Virus record (IMG/VR): IMGVR_UViG_3300027780_000015
Coordinates: 1-58,642 of that record
Source: a virus
Taxonomy: Duplodnaviria; Caudoviricetes
Strand: one strand, 5' to 3'
Length of the DNA: 58,642 nt
The position numbers and the translations under genes were made by a program. This document shows positions 46,453 through 56,331 of this stretch, piece by piece (positions within the stretch are counted from its first letter, which is position 1; each line of letters starts with the position of its first letter). The notes under the pieces are model-generated. The model saw only the letters and a program-made list of their open reading frames with translations, did no database searches and was not told where the DNA came from.

Positions 46453-49400
46453 TTAATATTCATAATCTTCATATTGAATTACAAGTGTTAGATTAAACTT
46501 TTCCCAATTAGTATTAGAGTTAGAACCTTGAAAAGCAACTTGAATTCTATCGTATTGGCTAAAATCGTGATCTATATCGTCAAAATCAACATACCAACCT
46601 ATTGCATTTGTTCCTGTTCCTGCTGCGTAACTACTCGTGTAAGTGTTAGAGCCGTTTTTATATATTTTTATTCTTGTACTATAGCTAGTTGGTTGAGTAT
46701 TTACATTTCTTAAAACAATTTGTTTAATTCTTCCAGCTTGCGGTGCTACATAATAAGCACCTGTTGAAGGAGTTGAAACATTTGCAGTTGCTGTTTGTCC
46801 ACCAGATAAATTTAATAATTTTATAGAAGATCCTGGTGAATTTCCAAAAGGATTGTCTTGGTAACCGACAGAAATTTGTACCGGTGTATAAGCTATTTTA
46901 GCAGCAGAAAAAACATTAGTACTCGTATTGAATGTAAACACACTGTCACTTGTTACAGAACTAGTTCCATTAAATACTGGAATTCTTCCTGATACTCCAC
47001 TTCCTGTTATACCTCCTGATGCAGGAGTTGACCATTCTTGTACGCTACCAGTAGAAGTTAAAACTTGACCAGCACTTCCAGTATCACCATCAATAGCGAT
47101 TAGACTATCTGCAGCTAGTAAAATATCACCACCGCCTTCCATGTCAAGGGTAGCATTTATATTGGTTGTACTATTAAAAGATTTAGTACCAGATATACTT
47201 TGATTACCTGATGTTCTTACAACCGTACTATCTACGGTAATTTTATCTGCATCAGCAGTAATACCATCACCACCTATTACATTTAATGTTGGGTTTATAG
47301 TAGAGGTTCCGGTTTGAGTCATACCCGTACCAGCTGTAACGGATGTAACTGTACCTGTTGAGGATGAAGTACCTGCCCCAATCAATGAACGCATCTCAGT
47401 AGCTGTAATACCTGAGCCTAAGCTTGGTGAACCTAGATTGTTTATAATACCTACTGAACCTATAGGTGCATAACCAGATCCGTTTGTTAATTGATTATTA
47501 TTAGTAATGTAATTAGCATTAGTTGCGCCTGTATAGCCCAAGTTAGCTAATGTCATTGTTCTAGTAGTAAACGCAGTTATAACACCTTGTGTTAAACTTA
47601 CAGTAGATAGAACTGCACCGCCTGCACTAATACCAATGTTAGTTGATGTTCCTATAGTGGTATTACCTGAACTAGTTACATAACCTGAGTTATTAGTCCA
47701 TTGAGAAATGTTTCCACTCTTATTAGTAAAAGTATCTGTACTACTAGGCGTTACAGTTCCAGTCGTGGTAGAATATCCTGAGTCATTAGTCCATTGACTA
47801 ATATTACCACTTTTGCCAGTAAACGTTTGTGTGTTACCTGCGGTTGTTGTACCTGTGTTGGTTGTATACCCAGCAGGATTTGTTGCATTATAAGGAGTAA
47901 ATCCTAATCCAGAGGTTACATTAGCTGACGTTAAAGATAACGTTCCACCTAAAGTAACAGTACCTGAACCAGTTATTATTCCTCCAGTTAAAGTTAGACC
48001 ACTTACAGTACCAGCAGTTTGCACAGCTACTACGCCTGAACTACTTGATGTTCCTGCACCAATTAAATTTCTAATTTCTCCTGCAGTAATACCACTATTT
48101 AAACTTGGTGATGTTCCATTGCTTAATATAGCTGGAACACCAGTATCACCGGTTACAGTACAATTTAATGTAACTGTACCACTTGTTCCTCCACCACTCA
48201 TTCCTGTACCAGCTGTTACGCCTGTAATGTCTCCTTGAGGTATACTTGGAAAAGTAGTTAAATTACCTGCGCCATTTACATACTGAGAAGCAGATCCTGC
48301 CATTGTAACAGCAATTGTGCCACTGCTTGTTACTGGTTGACCGCCTACAGTAAATGCGTTTCCACCATGAGTATATCCTACAGAAGTAACTGTACCTGTC
48401 GAGGATGAAGTACCTGCACCTATAAAAGTTCTAATAGCAGAAGGACTATTGCAAAAACGTATGTAGTTGTCTGTTGCACTAACTCTATAAGCTATTGCTC
48501 CAGATATTGTACTTTGATTAGTATAATTTGATCTAAACAATCTTGCATTAATATCTGCACTAGAATCTCTATAAGCTATAGTACTTGCTGTGGCAGCAGT
48601 TGTTGCATTTGAAGTTACTGTAAATGTAGTGTTACCACTTTGATTTGCAGTTGCATCCATAGAACCACTTAATCCATTACCTGAAGTTCTTCCGTCTATT
48701 TGACCGTTACCAACAGATGGTAATGAAGACGAAGTTATATATCCTGAATCATTAGTCCATTGTGATATATTACCGCTTTTGTTTGAAAGGGTACTAGTTG
48801 ATGAAGATGTTATATATCCTGAACCATTAGTAAGTTGGTTAGTATTTGTAGGTATAGTATTACTTGAAGCAGAAGTTATGTGCCCAGTTGCATTTACTGC
48901 AATTGTTGCCGCTGTATAACTTGCTGCGGTAACCCCTGAAGCTGCATGCGCGATAGTCACTGATCCACTTGATCCTCCACCTGTTATAGGTGATGTAGTG
49001 CTTACATTTGTAATATCACCTTGAGGTATAGCAAATGAAGTAGTTAAAGTACCACCGTCTTGTTGTGTAAGAGTTAATGTTACTGTAGAACTACCTGAAT
49101 CTGTAAACGCTGTAATTTGATTATCGTAAGCTGTATTCCATTCTGTAGAATTACCACCTGTTGAATTTACAATTCCACCAACGGTTAAATTACTACCATC
49201 AAAAGTTAAATCTCCATCTCCACCAATACTTGTTTGATCTGCCCATACCGCAACTCTAGTTGCTGAACTAGTACCTGTTACATTACCAACTTGTGTGTTA
49301 TCAATTTTTTGCCATGTATCTGTAGCTAAATCAGCTCTAACACACCAATCTCCTATAGCCCAACTGTTTGGTGTTGTACCTGATCCATTTGGTGTTGAAC

Positions 49401-51261
49401 CACCAGCTACACTTACTATATAATAACTACCTGGTACATGAGTTGATGCTACCCTTAAATCTGGTGAACCACCGTTTAAACCTGATGCATCCCATTCGCT
49501 TACAAATTTTAAGGCTCCAGTCGTAGCTGAATCAATTGCTGTTTGTATTTGTGCTCCTGTTGCTAAGTTTGCTGAAGAAGAACTTACTGTACCTGTATTT
49601 GGTGTTAATGTTACAGTTGTTGTTCCGTTAGTAACTAAAGTAGAACTATTTCCAGTTGCAACAGTATTTACTTGACCAGTTGCTCCTGTAGCTACAGCAG
49701 TTACTCTACCATAAGCATCAAGAGTTATAGTATCTATTTTAGTACTATTAGAAGTTGATCCGTATGCTCCAGCGCCTGCGCCAGCAGTTGCTAAACTTAA
49801 AGTTCCTGTAGAAGTAATTGTTCCACCAGTTAATCCAGTGCCAGTTGCAACTGATGTTACTCCTGCGCTAGAACTTGTACCTGCACCTATTAATGTACGA
49901 ATTTCCAGACCTGTAACGCCTGATGCTAAAGTTGGCGTACCACCACCTGAAAATATACCTGGTTCCGCAAATGATGTAAATCCTGAATCATTATTAAATA
50001 AGCTTATATCTATTTCACCTGAAGCTTTTCTACGCTCTGCACCAGAGTCTAACACTATAAATTCATCAGTTTTAGTCATTGCCGCAGTCATATCAGTAAA
50101 TTCTGATAAATCTAAAGTTAATCCTATGGATGCTGAACTAGATTGATTAAGAGTAAATGATGTTGCTCCGTCTAAACCTGTTCCTGTAGTTACAGTTATT
50201 GTAGCATTGCTTACAGTTGGCAATGAAGATGAGGTTATATAACCAGCGTCATTTGGAAATAAATTATTAGGAACTAAACTTGGTACCATTTTAAACTGAC
50301 CACCAGAGGCATTGGTTATTGCAAACCCATCAGTTGCTACCATATCTCCTGTAGCACTAGCCAACTCTGATAAATCAACGTTTACCGCAGTAGAAGTTAC
50401 ATCAATTAAATTACCTGCACCAACATTTAATGTTACAGCGCCAGATGTTCCGCCACCTGTTAATCCTGATCCTGCAGTAACTGCTGTAATGTCTCCTTGT
50501 GGGATAGCTGGAAAAGATACTAAATCACCTTCACCATTTATGTATTCGTCTGTGTCACCTTGAAAACTTATACCTAAGTTACCAGTTGATGTAATAGGTG
50601 TGTTTGTAATTTGTAGTGCATCACCTGAGGAAGTAAGTCCTACACTTGTTACACCTGTAACTACAGTGTTTAATGCGTATCTACCGTCTAAATCTACGGT
50701 TAAAGTACTTAAACCACTTCGCGTAGCACTAAGAACTCCTGTACTTGTGCTCCAAGATAATCCTGTTAAATAATTATTTGTAGTAGTATCTGTAGCTGTT
50801 ATTGTTAAAACATCGGCAACAATAGCAGTAGTAACATTAGTACCACCAACAATAGATAAAGTATCACTGTTGTTATCAGCAACTGCAGTACCTGAATCAG
50901 ATGCTATATTTTTAAATATGTTTTGAGAAGAGCCTTTATCTGAATTTGTAAGTCCAATAGAACCTGAGGTTGTAACTGTACCACTTCCTGATATACCACT
51001 TGACCCTGACACTGTTACAGATGTTACTGTACCTTGCGGATTACTAAATGATGTAGTTAATGTTCCACCATCTAGTTGCGTAAGCGTAAGAGTTATAGTA
51101 GAACTACCAGAGTCACTAAAGCCTGTTATAGAATTATCGTAACTTGTGTTCCATTGAGTAGAATTACCACCTGGAGCCGTTATTATACCACCAGCTGTTA
51201 TTGTACTGGTGGTAGTTAACGTTCCTTTTATTTCATAATTACAATAATTTATTGTCGCCAT
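46453..51261 (-). CDS. long repeat-rich tail fibre/receptor-binding protein
   Basis: 1602 aa Gly/Ser/Thr-rich; GTVTSV/GDITxV, IGAGTSSS x4, NISQWTNxSGY x3, beta-sandwich-like C-terminus. Confidence 0.8.
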   Translation of the reverse strand: MATINYCNYEIKGTLTTTSTITAGGIITAPGGNSTQWNTSYDNSITGFSDSGSSTITLTLTQLDGGTLTTSFSNPQGTVTSVTVSGSSGISGSGTVTTSGSIGLTNSDKGSSQNIFKNIASDSGTAVADNNSDTLSIVGGTNVTTAIVADVLTITATDTTTNNYLTGLSWSTSTGVLSATRSGLSTLTVDLDGRYALNTVVTGVTSVGLTSSGDALQITNTPITSTGNLGISFQGDTDEYINGEGDLVSFPAIPQGDITAVTAGSGLTGGGTSGAVTLNVGAGNLIDVTSTAVNVDLSELASATGDMVATDGFAITNASGGQFKMVPSLVPNNLFPNDAGYITSSSLPTVSNATITVTTGTGLDGATSFTLNQSSSASIGLTLDLSEFTDMTAAMTKTDEFIVLDSGAERRKASGEIDISLFNNDSGFTSFAEPGIFSGGGTPTLASGVTGLEIRTLIGAGTSSSAGVTSVATGTGLTGGTITSTGTLSLATAGAGAGAYGSTSNSTKIDTITLDAYGRVTAVATGATGQVNTVATGNSSTLVTNGTTTVTLTPNTGTVSSSSANLATGAQIQTAIDSATTGALKFVSEWDASGLNGGSPDLRVASTHVPGSYYIVSVAGGSTPNGSGTTPNSWAIGDWCVRADLATDTWQKIDNTQVGNVTGTSSATRVAVWADQTSIGGDGDLTFDGSNLTVGGIVNSTGGNSTEWNTAYDNQITAFTDSGSSTVTLTLTQQDGGTLTTSFAIPQGDITNVSTTSPITGGGSSGSVTIAHAASGVTAASYTAATIAVNATGHITSASSNTIPTNTNQLTNGSGYITSSSTSTLSNKSGNISQWTNDSGYITSSSLPSVGNGQIDGRTSGNGLSGSMDATANQSGNTTFTVTSNATTAATASTIAYRDSSADINARLFRSNYTNQSTISGAIAYRVSATDNYIRFCNSPSAIRTFIGAGTSSSTGTVTSVGYTHGGNAFTVGGQPVTSSGTIAVTMAGSASQYVNGAGNLTTFPSIPQGDITGVTAGTGMSGGGTSGTVTLNCTVTGDTGVPAILSNGTSPSLNSGITAGEIRNLIGAGTSSSSGVVAVQTAGTVSGLTLTGGIITGSGTVTLGGTLSLTSANVTSGLGFTPYNATNPAGYTTNTGTTTAGNTQTFTGKSGNISQWTNDSGYSTTTGTVTPSSTDTFTNKSGNISQWTNNSGYVTSSGNTTIGTSTNIGISAGGAVLSTVSLTQGVITAFTTRTMTLANLGYTGATNANYITNNNQLTNGSGYAPIGSVGIINNLGSPSLGSGITATEMRSLIGAGTSSSTGTVTSVTAGTGMTQTGTSTINPTLNVIGGDGITADADKITVDSTVVRTSGNQSISGTKSFNSTTNINATLDMEGGGDILLAADSLIAIDGDTGSAGQVLTSTGSVQEWSTPASGGITGSGVSGRIPVFNGTSSVTSDSVFTFNTSTNVFSAAKIAYTPVQISVGYQDNPFGNSPGSSIKLLNLSGGQTATANVSTPSTGAYYVAPQAGRIKQIVLRNVNTQPTSYSTRIKIYKNGSNTYTSSYAAGTGTNAIGWYVDFDDIDHDFSQYDRIQVAFQGSNSNTNWEKFNLTLVIQYEDYEY

Positions 51262-51281
51262 TTATATATTTGATTTAATTA

Positions 51282-53831
51282 TTATGCTCCTTGATCACAA
51301 AGAGAAACTAGCACTCTAATGTCACCTGATGGAAACGCTGAACCTGCTATTGTAACACTATCTGTAGTAGTTCTCTCAACGCATGCTTCTACAGTTTCAT
51401 AAGTAGTTGCATTGTATAATTGAACCATAACATCATAGCTACCTAAATTGTGATCAACTTCTTGAAAACTAGTTATTGTTTCAACATAAGTACTTGCTTT
51501 TCTTATTATAGGAGCTAGACTGGCAACCGTAACTTTTTTGTTTTCTGGTGTACCTGAGATATCATACATTGCTATAAAATCTCCTGATGCTGGTGCTCCT
51601 GTTGATAAGCCTGTAATATCAAGACCAACTACAGGTATTGGACCTGTTGAACTAGTTACGCTAATACCTAGCGCTGCTGGTAGTGCAGAAGCTACAACAC
51701 TTGTAATATCTCCTTGAGGAGCTAAAGCAAGAATATCTGAAACTCTACATCTAAGGTTTTTAGATTCTGAAACATCGTTAAACATTAAAAAATCCGATGA
51801 ACCAACAGCAGCGTTACCATCAACCATGCTATTGATATCAATGTTAACTTTAACGTTTCCTGTTGTTGGAGATATTGCTAGTCCGTTTTGACTAGCGCTA
51901 ACACCTACAGAAGAAACCGTGTCTGTACCAGTTAAAGTAATTGTATTACCTGTTTGGGCAGCTGTTATGTTACCAGCACCTAATATTAAAACAGTTCCGC
52001 CACTATCACTTAATGTAACGCCAGAGTCAGTGTTATCTGATCCGCTACCTGAAATTGTTTGATCATTAGTACTAGGAGTAACCCAGTTTCCATCACCTCT
52101 ATAAAAGTTAGCAGAAGTAGGAGCGTTTAATGGTGTGTTATTAACTAAGTCTATAGTTCCTAAAGTAACAGCGCCTGATGCGCCTAGATTGTTAGTACCT
52201 GTTATAAATGTGCCAAAAGCATTTGTAAAACTAGCAACACCTTCATCAGATTGAACAATTGACCAATCAGAACAAACAGAAGAGTTTGCCGCAGCGTCGT
52301 CTACTGCTATAATTGAATCCCCAATATCTAATCCTTGAACTGTAGAACATGTACCAGTACCAGAGCTTCCGTAGAAATTACCAGCAACTTGCGCTATATA
52401 GTAATCACCTGTGTCTATAGCTATCCTTGCAGCTGAAGGTTGAAAAACACCTGTATTAACTTGATATAAATAAACTTCATTACCAGCTCCTGCCACGAAA
52501 TATGTTCCAGAAAGTATTTGACCAGTCGAAGCATTGAATGTTCCTCTAAAAGTTAAACCTCCAACAACTAAACTATCAACGTAAGCTTTTGTAGCAGCGT
52601 CTTGAGCAGCAGTTGGATCTGCCATTGCAACTATTTTATGGCTAGTACCCATGCTAACATTACCTGCGGCATTACCCCATTGATCTAATGTTAAATTTCT
52701 AACAGGTACTCTTTCGTTTGCATCAGTGGTTACATCAGATATAAGAATATAATCTGTATCACCAGCTGTAGTTACTGCTAGGATTTTACTTTGATCTAAT
52801 CCTATTTTTAAACTATCTGTAGCTGATGCAACTGTTGCGATACCAGCAAGAGCATCGTCTTGTGCATAACCTAAAAATGTAGCTGTATTTCCACTAGATA
52901 TTACTTGAGGAGTACCTGCTGAGCCAGCTAGGTTCCATGAGTCATAAGAATCAAAAGGTAAGTTTGATATCAATGCTTGTTTAACATCACCGTCAGTATC
53001 ATCATTTATCATTATAGTATCAGCTCCAACAGGAGTTACTGCAGCAGCAGCAGATAAAATAATATTATCAGCGCCTGCGTAATCTACAGATATAGTAGGA
53101 TTAGTAGTGGCACCGTTAGTTTCAATAAGACCATCACCAGCTACAACACCGGCTAAAAAACCACCAAGAGCTAATACATCTTCGATAGTCACTTTTCTAG
53201 TTGGATCACCAGTTTCGCTTTCATCAGAGAAAGCTAAGAAATCAGTTTTTACTGCAACAGCTGTTGTTAAATTATTAATATCCATTTCAATACCTACTAA
53301 ACCAGTGGTTCCAGTAGGGTTTGATACAGCTGTGTTAATACCGCTACCTGCGGTAGCCGCAAACGACGCAATTGCTCCGTCTACTATATCAAAAGTAGTT
53401 CCAGTATTTGCTGCTAATTTCCATGAAGACATTGTTCCTCCACCTGCAGGAGTAGCAAAGACACCATCACCTCTTAAAAAGGTTCCAGCAGCACCGCCAG
53501 TTGGAACAAAACCAACATTAGCACCACCACCGTATATTTTAGGAGTAAGAGTTACAGCACCTGTAGCACCACTTAAAGTTAAACCGGCATTTACACCAGC
53601 CGCGTTAACAGCAGAGTTTCCAATAGCAAGTGTTGATACACCAGATCCAGAACCATCCATAGTCACCCATGAAGTTCCGTTCCAGAAATACATTAAATTT
53701 GTTGATGTATCGTAATATTGTTGTCCTTCGACTTCAGTACCTACGCTAGGCGCGGTATTTACTGGATCTATAACCGGTGTTACGATCGAGTTTTGGTTCA
53801 TGGTAATACCACAGAAATATTGAATAGGCAT
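51282..53831 (-). CDS. tail fibre protein
   Basis: YYDT..MYFWNGTSW, ADPTAAQDAATKAYVD, FLRGDG, C-terminal HNLGSYDVMVQLY. Confidence 0.75.
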   Translation of the reverse strand: MPIQYFCGITMNQNSIVTPVIDPVNTAPSVGTEVEGQQYYDTSTNLMYFWNGTSWVTMDGSGSGVSTLAIGNSAVNAAGVNAGLTLSGATGAVTLTPKIYGGGANVGFVPTGGAAGTFLRGDGVFATPAGGGTMSSWKLAANTGTTFDIVDGAIASFAATAGSGINTAVSNPTGTTGLVGIEMDINNLTTAVAVKTDFLAFSDESETGDPTRKVTIEDVLALGGFLAGVVAGDGLIETNGATTNPTISVDYAGADNIILSAAAAVTPVGADTIMINDDTDGDVKQALISNLPFDSYDSWNLAGSAGTPQVISSGNTATFLGYAQDDALAGIATVASATDSLKIGLDQSKILAVTTAGDTDYILISDVTTDANERVPVRNLTLDQWGNAAGNVSMGTSHKIVAMADPTAAQDAATKAYVDSLVVGGLTFRGTFNASTGQILSGTYFVAGAGNEVYLYQVNTGVFQPSAARIAIDTGDYYIAQVAGNFYGSSGTGTCSTVQGLDIGDSIIAVDDAAANSSVCSDWSIVQSDEGVASFTNAFGTFITGTNNLGASGAVTLGTIDLVNNTPLNAPTSANFYRGDGNWVTPSTNDQTISGSGSDNTDSGVTLSDSGGTVLILGAGNITAAQTGNTITLTGTDTVSSVGVSASQNGLAISPTTGNVKVNIDINSMVDGNAAVGSSDFLMFNDVSESKNLRCRVSDILALAPQGDITSVVASALPAALGISVTSSTGPIPVVGLDITGLSTGAPASGDFIAMYDISGTPENKKVTVASLAPIIRKASTYVETITSFQEVDHNLGSYDVMVQLYNATTYETVEACVERTTTDSVTIAGSAFPSGDIRVLVSLCDQGA

Positions 53832-53869
53832 AGTTTAATTTTTTAAGTATGAGTTAGAGTTGTTTTTTT

Positions 53870-54595
53870 TTAGTTTAAGAACGAAGACCCAGCTACTGCT
53901 TGGTCGAAGTCTACAGTTATTGTTGTTGCGTTAGTATACGTTACGCATCCGTATATAATTTCGTTTGTTGCGCCAGCGCCTTGATTATTAACAAGAGTAA
54001 CAGAAGCATCAGCTTTACCTGTTGTATTGTTAATTACCCATTGAGTAGATGCTGGGTTAAAGATTTGTGTTAAACCTACGTCAGTACCACCGCTAGTTAT
54101 ATTGAAGTGTACTATAGTATATATTGTACCTTGAGCAGCAATGACACCATTTCCTCCGATGTAAGTTAGATTAGCTATGTAATAAGTAGCGTCGAGTGGA
54201 TCAACTACGTATGAAGCTATAGTATAATGACCGAATTGGCTGATTTGATCTCCTTGGCCTAACAATATAGGTTTACCTATTATGTATGTTAAAAACGCTA
54301 CAACATTTTCTTTGCTTGTTTCTGTAACAGAAATACGCATTTGAGTTATTGTATTAAACGCAAGACCTGAACCACCGCCGCCAGTTCTAGATATAGTACC
54401 TGGTCCACCATTTTGTGTATCAGACCATTTGAAATTCATTTGGCCGCCAATAGATATTTTACCTGTAAGGTTTATAAATCTAGCCACTGCGCTAGCAGTA
54501 AATTGTTTAGTCAGTTTATTAGATGAGTCTGTACCTATCCACGCATCGTCTCCTGTTATATTAGTATCAAAGGGATATGAACTTATTCTAGCCAT
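53870..54595 (-). CDS. tail-associated structural protein
   Basis: MARISSYP...GDDAWIGTD fibre-anchor-type N-terminus; located in the fibre cluster. Confidence 0.6.
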   Translation of the reverse strand: MARISSYPFDTNITGDDAWIGTDSSNKLTKQFTASAVARFINLTGKISIGGQMNFKWSDTQNGGPGTISRTGGGGSGLAFNTITQMRISVTETSKENVVAFLTYIIGKPILLGQGDQISQFGHYTIASYVVDPLDATYYIANLTYIGGNGVIAAQGTIYTIVHFNITSGGTDVGLTQIFNPASTQWVINNTTGKADASVTLVNNQGAGATNEIIYGCVTYTNATTITVDFDQAVAGSSFLN

Positions 54596-54604
54596 GTTAT
54601 ATTT

Positions 54605-55084
54605 TTATGAGTATATTCTAATTTCTATTGAAGTACCAGCTGACATACCATCTATAGGACCACCGCCACCTGAGCTAAATTGATCAACGTTTATTTGAGT
54701 AGTGGTAGTTATTATTCCACCTATACCTTGGTCTCCACTGCCGGAAGACAGAAATATAGCTACTTTGTTGGCAGGTAATGTTATACCTGAAACTGTTATT
54801 CGAGATTGACCTGTGCTAGTGTATGACCACGTGAATGTTCCACCTGTAGTATTTTGAAGTATTGTAGCCACTGGAGCCGATGCGCCTGCTTGAATCAAGG
54901 CAGCTGTGTATACTGTGTATCCTAAGCTATATGAGTTAGCAAATGCTGCTACACTTGATACCGTAAAGTTTCTAGTTAAGTTTTGATTTGCTTCACCGTT
55001 AGCTTGAGGTACATTCATCTGCGTACCAACTAATCTTGTGTCTCCAGCTGGTGTAGCTAATGGATATGTAATTACTTCTGCCAT
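54605..55084 (-). CDS. tail-associated structural protein (first late gene)
   Basis: YP...GDTRLVGT...TRNFTV N-terminus paralogous to the 53870 ORF; YTAALIQAG...IEIRIY domain. Confidence 0.6.
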   Translation of the reverse strand: MAEVITYPLATPAGDTRLVGTQMNVPQANGEANQNLTRNFTVSSVAAFANSYSLGYTVYTAALIQAGASAPVATILQNTTGGTFTWSYTSTGQSRITVSGITLPANKVAIFLSSGSGDQGIGGIITTTTQINVDQFSSGGGGPIDGMSAGTSIEIRIYS

Positions 55085-55394
55085 TTTGTAGTTTTTAGTC
55101 TTAATCTTATACTAGATATACTCACAGATTACACTTAATATTTACATAGATACTGACACTAGCGTACTACTCTTATATAGATAAGTACCTACTGTCACTA
55201 AAATTAAAAGTATTACACATTTTGGGGTATAGCGTTCCCCCTCACTATTTTTTTTTCTTTTTCTCCAGTAAAACGCCTTTTTTTTAACCGTCCTAGGCCT
55301 TTTTGCCTGACATTCCGCTAACAAGTTACAACTTTTCACATACGTTTCACATTTTGATTTCGATAATATATATGTAACCAATTAAAACTAAACA

Positions 55395-55490
55395 ATGTTA
55401 AACAAAATCTTTAAACTTCACTCGAAATTCTTACAAGTACTATTAATAGTATCAATACCAAATGTAATATACCACATTATAATGTCATAA
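55395..55490 (+). CDS. small hydrophobic early peptide (31 aa, MLNKIFKLHSKFLQVLLIVSIPNVIYHIIMS)
   Basis: Manually translated; follows a degenerate promoter motif at 55336-55368. Confidence 0.45.
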   Translation: MLNKIFKLHSKFLQVLLIVSIPNVIYHIIMS

Positions 55491-55567
55491 TGTCATGACA
55501 CATAGACAATTGTGTCAACACTTTCAATACATTTACTACACATAAATAATACTACACTTGTATAAAC

Positions 55568-55600
55568 TTACAAACAAACTATCTAACTAACTGGATAATA
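55568..55600 (+). promoter_or_regulatory. putative early promoter TTACAAACAAA-N15-GATAATA
   Basis: One of four near-identical bipartite copies, each upstream of an ATG. Confidence 0.7.
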
Positions 55601-55632
55601 ACTATATAATAACTAAATAAATAATAATAACT

Positions 55633-55860
55633 ATGTCAACTTTAAATTCAAAGAGATTCGTAATAAGAAAGTCTCTAATCGGTAAAAACCAAATCATTTC
55701 ATTCACTAATAAAAAAGGTATTCAAATTACTTACAATCATGATATTGTATATGAAGTAATGAAAGATAAATTAAACAATATGAATTGTTTTACTAAATAC
55801 AAATCTTATACTTCATCTAATAATATTCCAGTAATGTTAAGAAATATGGAATTAGTATAG
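55633..55860 (+). CDS. early hypothetical protein
   Basis: ORF KRFVIRKSLIGKNQ...; AT-rich leader behind the promoter motif. Confidence 0.75.
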   Translation: MSTLNSKRFVIRKSLIGKNQIISFTNKKGIQITYNHDIVYEVMKDKLNNMNCFTKYKSYTSSNNIPVMLRNMELV

Positions 55861-55924
55861 TGACATAATGTCATGACAAGGTGACTCATCGAACCTGAAT
55901 AGTACACAAACTGATGAGGACAAA

Positions 55925-55965
55925 TGAAGTAATGGTTTATGTGAGTTCGATTCTCACTACTTCAA
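55925..55965 (+). ncRNA. tRNA-like minihelix (acceptor stem + T-arm only)
   Basis: TGAAGTA/TACTTCA 7-bp stem, 9-nt linker ATGGTTTAT, GTGAG-TTCGATT-CTCAC canonical T-arm, discriminator A. Confidence 0.6.
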
Positions 55966-55979
55966 CTAATATAATAATT

Positions 55980-56132
55980 ATGATAAAAGAAATAACATTT
56001 AAAATAGATGAAGACAATGACTTATATGAAATCACTGTCAACAACACAACATACACACTAGATAATGTATATGATTCACCTTATGGTAATCTATTTAATG
56101 AACTTAATATATTAATAGATAGTGTTCAATAA
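55980..56132 (+). CDS. early hypothetical acidic protein
   Basis: Likely start ATG 55980 (MIKEITFKID). Confidence 0.6.
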   Translation: MIKEITFKIDEDNDLYEITVNNTTYTLDNVYDSPYGNLFNELNILIDSVQ

Positions 56133-56135
56133 GAA

Positions 56136-56168
56136 TTACAAACAAAACTTGTATACTAATGGATAATA
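56136..56168 (+). promoter_or_regulatory. putative early promoter TTACAAACAAA-N15-GATAATA
   Basis: Repeat copy 2. Confidence 0.7.
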
Positions 56169-56190
56169 TATACGTAACTAAATAATAACT

Positions 56191-56331
56191 ATGAACTATA
56201 TAAAAACTCAAATACTAAGAGACGAGATGTACAGTGATCTAATTCAAGATTACGATACTTCCAACATGAGTGAACAAGAACTATCTGACACTCACGATAA
56301 AATAATAACTACAATAAATAATAAACTATGA
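56191..56331 (+). CDS. early small protein (46 aa, MNYIKTQILRDEMY...)
   Basis: Manually translated; behind the promoter motif. Confidence 0.55.
   Translation: MNYIKTQILRDEMYSDLIQDYDTSNMSEQELSDTHDKIITTINNKL

Noticed and set aside
46453-53831. Diversity-generating retroelement targeting the tail fibres
   Set aside because: No reverse transcriptase in the window and no TR/VR pair differing only at adenines was seen.
10507-54683. Many + strand ORFs inside the late block (e.g. 13981-14433, 16117-16572, 42951-43355, 53107-53715)
   Set aside because: Antisense shadows of long minus-strand genes, with no recognisable motifs or leaders.
55885-55930. Hammerhead ribozyme suggested by CTGATGAG
   Set aside because: No correctly placed GAAA, stem I or stem III; CTGATGAG is explained by pairing with the upstream CTCATC.
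55925-55968. Canonical tRNA gene
   Set aside because: No D stem or anticodon arm (9-nt linker only); reported as a tRNA-like minihelix instead.
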